Source of the DNA: Aplysia californica | Lineage: Eukaryota | Direction of reading: 5' to 3' | Assembly: GCF_000002075.1 (NCBI RefSeq) | Contig: NW_004797602.1 | Location: forward strand, 265,823-329,822 | Length of the DNA stretch: 64,000 bases | Part shown: piece after piece, positions 60,901 through 64,000 of the stretch | Position numbering within the stretch: the first letter of the stretch is position 1 | How the letters are laid out: each line of letters starts with the position of its first letter | Translations under genes and position numbers: made by a program | Notes under the pieces: model-generated | The model's input: the letters and a program-made list of their open reading frames with translations, nothing else | Databases searched by the model: none | What the model was told of the DNA's origin: nothing

Positions 60901-61029
60901 TCCAACGACCGGCCGGACTTTGCCCAGATCGCCAAGGCTCTGGACCGCATCCCACGCACACGCCTCATCCGAAGCCCGTCCCACCCATGCCAGTTAAGCC
61001 GGAGCTCCGAGGCCATTTCCCTCTCCTGA
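7108..61029 (+). CDS. KSR: Kinase suppressor of Ras (KSR1/KSR2-like RAF-family scaffold kinase), full spliced gene span, 20 coding exons, about 947 aa (exon 7a) or 948 aa (exon 7b)
   Basis: All exons below have AG/GT boundaries with matching phases; summed CDS is 2844 nt using exon 7a. KSR-diagnostic motifs: LRTQC...TQ.EI CC-SAM start, [14 protein letters not shown]1 finger, [58 protein letters not shown]-terminal RSPSHP. Confidence 0.96.
7690..8418. mobile_element. Foldback/MITE with ~80-bp TIRs built from GTCAATTGCCACCG units (contains an N-gap)
   Basis: ggtagcgtcaattgccaccgagtgacgcggtggc... is mirrored at ~8340-8414; the interior resembles 9295-9400. Confidence 0.75.
8044..8281. other. 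Assembly gap
   Basis: N run. Confidence 1.
8528..8672. repeat. (GT)n/(CT)n microsatellite
   Basis: Seen directly. Confidence 0.95.
8747..9583. mobile_element. piggyBac-like non-autonomous element (degenerate)
   Basis: TTAA|cgcttgtcctg ... caggatgaggg|TTAA; imperfect TIR. Confidence 0.5.
11090..11309 (-). mobile_element. RTE-clade LINE, 3' fragment
   Basis: Minus-strand RQRRKE...[23 protein letters not shown] matches the C-terminal CxxC..R.C.S.IG..SH.R.C motif of RTE ORFs. Confidence 0.8.
11499..12238 (+). mobile_element. Family A MITE, copy 2 (left end missing)
   Basis: Body homologous to ~1036-1830; ends GGGATCTTAGGCGGAGACTAGTG|TA. Confidence 0.85.
12389..13798 (+). mobile_element. Tc1/mariner transposon, degenerate and internally deleted
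   Basis: TA|CAGGGTGATCC ... GGATCACCCTG|TA; frameshifted transposase remnants resembling [14 protein letters not shown] (~12734), IWFS..AHFH...V.SKNAVYW (~13200) and [15 protein letters not shown] (~13385). Confidence 0.85.
14227..14577 (+). mobile_element. tRNA-derived CORE-type SINE with an L2-like tail
   Basis: A-box-like GTGCCATGTGG, B-box GGTTCGAATCCC, CORE-like TGTGTCCTTGGGAAAGGCACTT, tail GTAAAGCGC...GCGCTATACAAAT followed by (TTA)n. Confidence 0.8.
14797..16290 (-). mobile_element. RTE-clade LINE, degenerate reverse-transcriptase fragment
   Basis: Minus-strand [16 protein letters not shown]...[42 protein letters not shown]; contains stops and frameshifts. Confidence 0.9.
16602..16742 (+). 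CDS. KSR: KSR exon 2 ([17 protein letters not shown]...[24 protein letters not shown])
   Basis: ttttgtcacAG acceptor, GTGAGG donor at 16743; the YP.L..WL.IV motif is typical of the KSR SAM domain. Confidence 0.94.
17566..17710 (+). CDS. KSR: KSR exon 3 ([16 protein letters not shown]...[13 protein letters not shown]-terminal part)
   Basis: ttttttcaacAG acceptor, GTGAGA donor at 17711; phase 0 to 1. Confidence 0.92.
18673..18861. mobile_element. Small hAT-like MITE
   Basis: CAGGCGTGTCAAC ... GTTGGCAAGCCTG TIRs; 8-bp flanks acacacac on both sides. Confidence 0.7.
19801..20353 (+). CDS. KSR: KSR exon 4 (Ser/Pro-rich CA2 region, [23 protein letters not shown])
   Basis: cacAG acceptor, GTTAGT donor at 20354; GC-rich open frame; SKSHESQL matches the conserved KSR 14-3-3 site region; phase 1 to 2. 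Confidence 0.92.
21040..21292 (+). mobile_element. Retroelement 3'-end fragment, family B
   Basis: ggtgccttgatag...GGCACTCATATGACCTTATGCAGTTGCGAGCGCCGTAAAAC terminal stem-loop and tail. Confidence 0.75.
21528..21739 (+). CDS. KSR: KSR exon 5 ([12 protein letters not shown]...RRRLSTDGS...HSKYS)
   Basis: gcgtAG acceptor, GTAAGC donor at 21740; phase 2 to 1; GC-rich coding composition. Confidence 0.88.
22090..22897 (+). mobile_element. Interspersed repeat family F, copy 1 (hAT-like)
   Basis: aaatccgtac...agttccgtactt and cagatatttacgg...tcggcaataagtt are shared with ~43480-43970; candidate end GTTGGCAATCTG. Confidence 0.55.
23159..23824. mobile_element. piggyBac-like MITE
   Basis: TTAA|CCCTTAGAGCGCTGA ... 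TCAGCACTCTAAGGG|TTAA (14/15 TIR match); internal direct repeat gtcgcgatcagcactcta. Confidence 0.85.
23829..24662 (-). mobile_element. Second, truncated and inverted copy of the 12389-13798 Tc1/mariner family
   Basis: The reverse complement of ~24490-24664 matches ~12387-12505 (aagttttgcg...tttggaag.caaaagga); interior matches include TTCAGGTC and CACCAG.GTGCAGA. Confidence 0.75.
24548..24608 (+). mobile_element. 61-bp 5'-truncated family B tail with 14-bp TSD
   Basis: Flanked by gaagcgcaaaactt (24534-24547) and gaaacgcaaaactt (24609-24622). Confidence 0.75.
25874..26072 (+). mobile_element. Retroelement 3'-end fragment, family B variant (related copies at ~21372-21490, ~42686-42850, ~59194-59365)
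   Basis: ggttggcgggtgctctggtgtggtttgttcc...atcaaacatc...cacctctaa followed by the same stem-loop and (AAAACT)n tail. Confidence 0.7.
26066..26201. repeat. 45-bp tandem repeat, 3 copies
   Basis: aaactaaacacactctcaaagaaacgtttttttaatataggatat repeated three times. Confidence 0.9.
27277..27340 (+). CDS. KSR: KSR exon 6 ([22 protein letters not shown]; supplies the first zinc-ligand His of C1)
   Basis: ttttgcAG acceptor, GTAAGA donor at 27341; TL..P.SP motif precedes C1; phase 1 to 2. Confidence 0.9.
30013..30095 (+). pseudogene. Decayed partial duplicate of the exon 7a acceptor and exon start
   Basis: cacatg...ttcacctttt...ggctgattgttttgaAGgcttggaaacgcaatttaa aligns with 30226-30305 (cacatg...ttcacctttc...ggcttgttgttttgaAGgtttgcaaacacatttaa); in-frame TAA at 30088-30090. 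Confidence 0.7.
30287..30367 (+). CDS. KSR: KSR exon 7a, C1 N-terminal half ([28 protein letters not shown])
   Basis: gttttgaAG acceptor, GTAAGC donor at 30368; CxxC-x9-CxxC; 81 nt; phase 2 to 2. Confidence 0.93.
30597..30748. other. Assembly gap between exons 7a and 7b
   Basis: N run. Confidence 1.
31815..32076. repeat. (CAT)n, (CCT)n and (TA)n simple repeats upstream of exon 7b
   Basis: Seen directly. Confidence 0.9.
32234..32317 (+). CDS. KSR: KSR exon 7b, alternative C1 N-terminal half ([29 protein letters not shown])
   Basis: ctctAG acceptor after a long AG-free pyrimidine-rich tract; GTAAGT donor at 32318; same CxxC-x9-CxxC spacing, same TGCAA|GTAAG ending and same phases as 7a; 84 nt. 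Confidence 0.85.
32725..33529. mobile_element. Tigger/pogo-like MITE
   Basis: TA|CAGTCCGTGCCGGCTTTAAGCACG ... CGTGCTTAAAGCCGGCATGGACTG|TA (23/24 TIR match); repeated TAAGCAC subterminal motif. Confidence 0.9.
36236..36324 (+). CDS. KSR: KSR exon 8, C1 C-terminal half ([29 protein letters not shown])
   Basis: gtgacAG acceptor, GTATGT donor at 36325; HxxC...C completes the zinc finger; phase 2 to 1. Confidence 0.92.
37505..38395 (+). mobile_element. Interspersed repeat family D, copy 1 (may extend further left)
   Basis: Inverted homology to ~46388-47378, e.g. caaacatggggttgcagccagt vs actggctgcaaccccatgtttg. Confidence 0.75.
38911..39390. other. Assembly gap ending 8 nt before exon 9
   Basis: N run. 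Confidence 1.
39399..39653 (+). CDS. KSR: KSR exon 9 (CA4 Ser/Thr-rich: [17 protein letters not shown]...QFNFP, FxFP ERK-docking motif)
   Basis: ctccacAG immediately after an assembly gap; GTAAGT donor at 39654; phase 1 to 1. Confidence 0.9.
40621..41713. mobile_element. Tigger/pogo-like non-autonomous element
   Basis: TA|ccgcggaactcggattcaac ... cattgaatcgtagttccactg|TA; repeated ggattcaa subterminal motif. Confidence 0.7.
42209..42272 (+). CDS. KSR: KSR exon 10 ([22 protein letters not shown])
   Basis: ctccacAG / GTGAGT; its phase 1 to 2 is needed to bridge exons 9 and 11. Confidence 0.8.
43336..43975 (+). mobile_element. Interspersed repeat family F, copy 2
   Basis: Homologous to ~22090-22570; begins CAAGGCTGCC with TACCG subterminal repeats. 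Confidence 0.55.
44420..44832 (+). mobile_element. Two adjacent retroelement 3'-end fragments (family B, then a taggtcctactt variant)
   Basis: GGCGCTCATATGACCTTATGCAGTTACGAGCGCCGTAAAAC at ~44567-44607; the second unit ends gctgtaaaactcttaactaaaactaaaact. Confidence 0.7.
44955..45006 (+). CDS. KSR: KSR exon 11 ([17 protein letters not shown])
   Basis: tttgttacAG / GTAAGT; phase 2 to 0. Confidence 0.83.
46388..47378 (-). mobile_element. Interspersed repeat family D, copy 2 (inverted)
   Basis: Colinear inverted matches to copy 1, including cacgtgctcgg.aggctgcgagt and gtgtttacgctacc. Confidence 0.75.
48804..48887 (+). CDS. KSR: KSR exon 12 ([28 protein letters not shown])
   Basis: ttccAG / GTAAGT; W.RQNS motif preceding the kinase domain, as in invertebrate KSRs; phase 0 to 0. 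Confidence 0.9.
49457..50424. mobile_element. Possible piggyBac-like element ending just upstream of exon 13
   Basis: TTAA|ctctttca ... tgaacgag|TTAA; internal inverted gacgagaatactc/gacgagtattct; the TIR is short and imperfect. Confidence 0.4.
50048..50170. repeat. 60-bp tandem duplication
   Basis: taagcttgaagagaatgtcattggtttagaatc...taacctttg.gttgatttt twice. Confidence 0.85.
50458..50549 (+). CDS. KSR: KSR exon 13 ([31 protein letters not shown], Gly-rich loop)
   Basis: tccacAG / GTATGT; EWDIP and GxGxxG. Confidence 0.95.
51322..51412 (+). CDS. KSR: KSR exon 14 ([30 protein letters not shown])
   Basis: ttctcAG / GTATGT; WHGDVAIK. Confidence 0.95.
52370..52862 (+). mobile_element. Tigger/pogo transposase remnant (CENP-B-type HTH)
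   Basis: [17 protein letters not shown] and [11 protein letters not shown] resemble the Tigger HTH regions; ...gattccac TIR-like end. Confidence 0.55.
54431..54530. repeat. ~49-bp exact tandem duplication
   Basis: tattttaagatttgatcattcaaactattcaagtcaggggtcactaaac twice. Confidence 0.85.
55307..55395 (+). CDS. KSR: KSR exon 15 ([30 protein letters not shown])
   Basis: atgcAG / GTAAGC; RAF-family dimer motif RKTRH. Confidence 0.95.
56195..56392 (-). mobile_element. hAT transposase remnant, TTF-type zinc finger
   Basis: Minus strand [25 protein letters not shown], then (frameshifted) [24 protein letters not shown]. Confidence 0.65.
56580..56684. mobile_element. 105-bp hairpin / mini-MITE
   Basis: cggtgtggtgctttgactattacccctgccgtgaggttac pairs with gtaatcttacggcaggggtaaactcaaggcatgacaccg. 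Confidence 0.7.
57081..57177 (+). CDS. KSR: KSR exon 16 ([32 protein letters not shown])
   Basis: tccccAG / GTGAGT; phase 2 to 0. Confidence 0.95.
58758..58891 (+). CDS. KSR: KSR exon 17 ([44 protein letters not shown])
   Basis: ccccAG / GTAGGT; HKD catalytic loop and DFG. Confidence 0.96.
59452..59601 (+). CDS. KSR: KSR exon 18 ([27 protein letters not shown]...DLYAFG)
   Basis: ccggcAG / GTGCGT; WLCYLAPE is KSR-diagnostic; phase 2 to 2. Confidence 0.93.
60100..60229 (+). CDS. KSR: KSR exon 19 ([13 protein letters not shown]...IWQVGKG...REVK)
   Basis: ttctccAG / GTGAGC; phase 2 to 0. Confidence 0.95.
60871..61029 (+). CDS. KSR: KSR exon 20, last coding exon ([17 protein letters not shown]...[19 protein letters not shown])
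   Basis: ttccatcAG acceptor; CW....RP.F subdomain XI; RSPSHP C-terminal motif; TGA at 61027-61029. Confidence 0.94.
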   Translation, partial: EILMSCWSFRSNDRPDFAQIAKALDRIPRTRLIRSPSHPCQLSRSSEAISLS

Positions 61030-61263
61030 CCTCTGACCTTGGGTTCGTTATTGCAGAGTTTGTGGTGGAAAAGAAGACAACAGAGTCTGATGAGGTTCGT
61101 TACTGTGGAGTTTGTGATGGAAAGGAGGATGATAAAGCCAGGCTGCGTCGGGCCTGGGGCCTGCTGCTTATTGGGATCGCTGACTCGCTCCCGGCTGTTG
61201 AGCTCAGTTTTGTGGGGGAGTTGACTGGAAGAAGGATTAAAAATTCAGCTGTTTAGGATTCTG

Positions 61264-61299
<36 letters not shown>

Positions 61300-61427
61300 T
61301 TGTGTCACTCCTGATGTCTGACCTTGGATTCAACGTGAGGGTGGATAGAAGGATAACAGACCTAGGCTGTGTTGCCAGGGCAGATAAATTGCAGGGTGTA
61401 GTGTGAGGATCTTGGGGGGGGGGGGAA

Positions 61428-61542
61428 AGTGTGAAGCTCTGACTCTCTGGGGCTTTGTTTTCACTTTTTCCTGGGTAGGGTACAGTGGAGTGTGAAGCTC
61501 TGACTCTCTGGGGCTTTGTTTTCACTTTTTCCTGGGTAGGGT
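61428..61542. repeat. ~61-bp tandem duplication in the presumed 3' UTR
   Basis: gtgtgaagctctgactctctggggctttgttttcactttttcctgggtagggt twice. Confidence 0.85.
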
Positions 61543-61777
61543 TAAGTATCTGCTGCACTGTTTGGCTGAATGTTTGAGCTCCTGTTTTTCCTTTTTTGGT
61601 CTCCTCAGGGTGTTCTTGCTTCTTCCACCTGTGTGAATAACAAACGGTTTGGCTGATGTTTTTGAGTTGTTGTTTTTTTCTTCCCTTTTTAGGAAGGGGG
61701 GTTGTGGGCTGGGGAGCCATATGCCATTGGTTTTATAGAGGCCTATTCATCAGTGCGTTGTTTTTGTTATTGAAAAG

Positions 61778-62895
61778 TGGGTACTCATTTGGCTTTTTGC
61801 TAGTGGGTATACTTTGTGTTATATACGAATGCCCATTTGGCATTATGCTGGTGGGTATATATGTTTCATTATATACGAGTGCTCATCTGGTATTCTGCCA
61901 GTGGTTACACGGTACACTATACAGTAGTCTCCTCCTAAGATCCCACTGCTTAACATCCCGGTTCGCTTAATATCCCACTGTTTTAAGAAAACAGATTTTT
62001 TACTAAACAAAATTCACCCCTAAGATCCAGCTCTGATTCACTCGGAATGTCTACATTCAGCTAAGATCCCACATTTCTGACCATAATTTACGCAATAAAA
62101 ACCCAGGCGAGCACTGCCAATCAACCGAGAGGGAAAAGTTGAGATCAATAAAAATGCCCGTCATGTCAGAGATCAGCCACTCTCGTGAATGTGATCACAT
62201 AAGCGTTGTAAAACTCGATAAAACGGTACAATGTTTGCCCCAGACAGGATCACACCGATGTGTGAACTGACAGGCGCGTTTGTTTTCCCCAAACATCGCA
62301 CTCGCATCTGAGGTCTCCATCTAAACTTACATCACCTCGCTCCAGGCAGGATCACATTGAACTGTGAACTGTTCCCTTACCATTGCAGCAGTTTTCTCTA
62401 TTCCCGAATTTGCAAAACAGACTGAATTTTGACTGGTATGGTCACAACGTAATGGTGCGTAACAGCAAAGTGTCACAAAGGCAGGGCAACTTGGTCAGAG
62501 ATGGAAAGCTATAAATTTTCAACAGGTAAAGCGGAGGAGCAACTGGATAAGCATAGACCTTGAGACTTAAAATAGGATAATAAGTGAAAATAGCACACCT
62601 CATGCCACTATGCACTGTGATAGGTCACCAAGGTGAACCAGTCTTTGCTTGCCATATGTCATAAACCCACCCAGGGGTCACGTCAGTTCATTTTTGAGTG
62701 GAGGGAGACCATTTTACAGGTTGTGGGCCTTAAAATGGGTCACCATAGATTCTTCCCTGGGTTCGTCGGCTAAGATCCCGGTTCGTCTAAGAGCACCGGG
62801 ATCTTGGGCGGAGACTACTGTATACGAATGCTCATTTGGTATTTTGCTAGTGGGTATACGTTAATTTATATACAAGTGCTCATTTGGCATTCTGC
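61778..62895. repeat. Degenerate ~50-bp minisatellite interrupted by family A MITE copy 3
   Basis: tatacgaatgctcatttggcatt.tgctagtgggtatac units at ~61778-61920 and ~62821-62895. Confidence 0.75.
61922..62820 (+). mobile_element. Family A MITE, copy 3 (complete, TA TSD), downstream of the KSR stop codon
   Basis: TA|CAGTAGTCTCC ... GGAGACTACTG|TA. Confidence 0.9.
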
Positions 62896-64000
62896 AAACT
62901 ATTGTTCTGTTCTGACTGTTGTTGGTATCCCTTCAGTTTGGGGGGGGGGGGGGGGGGGGGCTTGTGTGATATTGCGAAGGCATGATGTTTTATGATGGTT
63001 CAAATTATGACAACTGTTGTAATCAGAAAAAATTTAGGGAGAATTTTTTGCCCACACGTGGTCGATCATATTGATGGTCATGGTACATTGTAATAAATAT
63101 TGTAGGTTTTAACACATCTCTCTTCTTTTTTTTTTTTAGTGTTGGGGGTGGGGAACATTTAGTGAAAGAGAATTGGACTACATTTTTTGTTTTGAAGACT
63201 GCATAATTGATGCTAATTTGCTTTTAAAAGTTAACAAGGAAGAGGGAAACAGGACTAGGGACATTTTCTATATTGATTTTCTTTATTTAATTTAAAACAA
63301 ATGTGTTTTTAGAACAGAGACAACAAAGGAGTAGAGGCAAACATGTTTCATACTGCTTTTCTCTCTGTCCCATAATCTAACGTTCCTTTTAATGCTAGTG
63401 GTCACTTTGTTGTGGATGAAAAGGAGGCACATAGCTTTTTTGTTGTTTTTTAAAAAGTGTGTTCAACTTTTACTGAGGACTGGTGGCGCCTGGCTGCGCT
63501 TGGTTTTTAAAAAGTGTTTGGTTCACACTAAACTTACTTGCTGCCACACCCGAAAAGCATCGGGAAAAAATCTATAGACTGGGCATTGTCGTTTATGTTT
63601 TGAGTTTCCTGTCTATTTTCTACTATTGCCCAATGGGGCTGGTCTTCATGGGTATGAAACTGCTGTCCTTTATGAGTGGACTGAGCATTGTTGCAGCTTT
63701 CCTCCCTCCCTCCCCAACCCTATGCTCTTCAACTGGGTTGCTTTCTTTATTTCATTTACGAAAAGGTTCTTCAGTCCCTCCGTATCTAGTAAAAGTGGCT
63801 GGTTGGAGGGTGCCACTGATAGGTCTTACTTCTTTTCCCCTTCTTTCTCTCTTCTGTTTCTGTTTGTCTCTCTTACTGTTCTCCCCAGCACTAAATATCA
63901 CTATTGTGAGGGTGTGCTCTTTTCTCAAACAAAACATCCAGTAGTAAGTGATGTCATTCACAATAGGCACTGGGCTCTGTTTCTTAAATGTTAGGTACAA

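Noticed and set aside
7108-61029. Calling the gene RAF rather than KSR
   Set aside because: No Ras-binding domain; it has CC-SAM, HKD and WLCYLAPE rather than HRD and WMAPE.

Overview
This is AT-rich, intron- and transposon-rich animal genomic DNA with three N-gaps. It is probably a mollusc/lophotrochozoan (an impression from the repeat types, not proven). One protein-coding gene dominates: a + strand Kinase Suppressor of Ras (KSR) orthologue, ATG 7108 to TGA 61029. I reconstructed it by hand as 20 phase-compatible GT-AG coding exons giving about 947-948 aa. It has a CC-SAM/CA1 region, a [13 protein letters not shown] region, a C1 zinc finger, an FNFP ERK-docking motif and a kinase domain with VAIK, RKTRHEN, HKD, DFG and YLAPE. 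The standout observation is that the N-terminal half of the C1 zinc finger is encoded twice, by two divergent, intact phase-2/phase-2 exons (30287-30367 and 32234-32317) that look mutually exclusive, with a decayed third partial copy just upstream. The introns hold many TE relics: Tc1/mariner, Tigger-like, piggyBac-like and hAT-like MITEs, an RTE LINE split by a nested 3.5-kb insertion, a tRNA-CORE SINE, and a family of retroelement 3' tails that is sense-oriented in every intragenic copy I found. All coordinates were read manually; TE boundaries are approximate unless a TSD is quoted.
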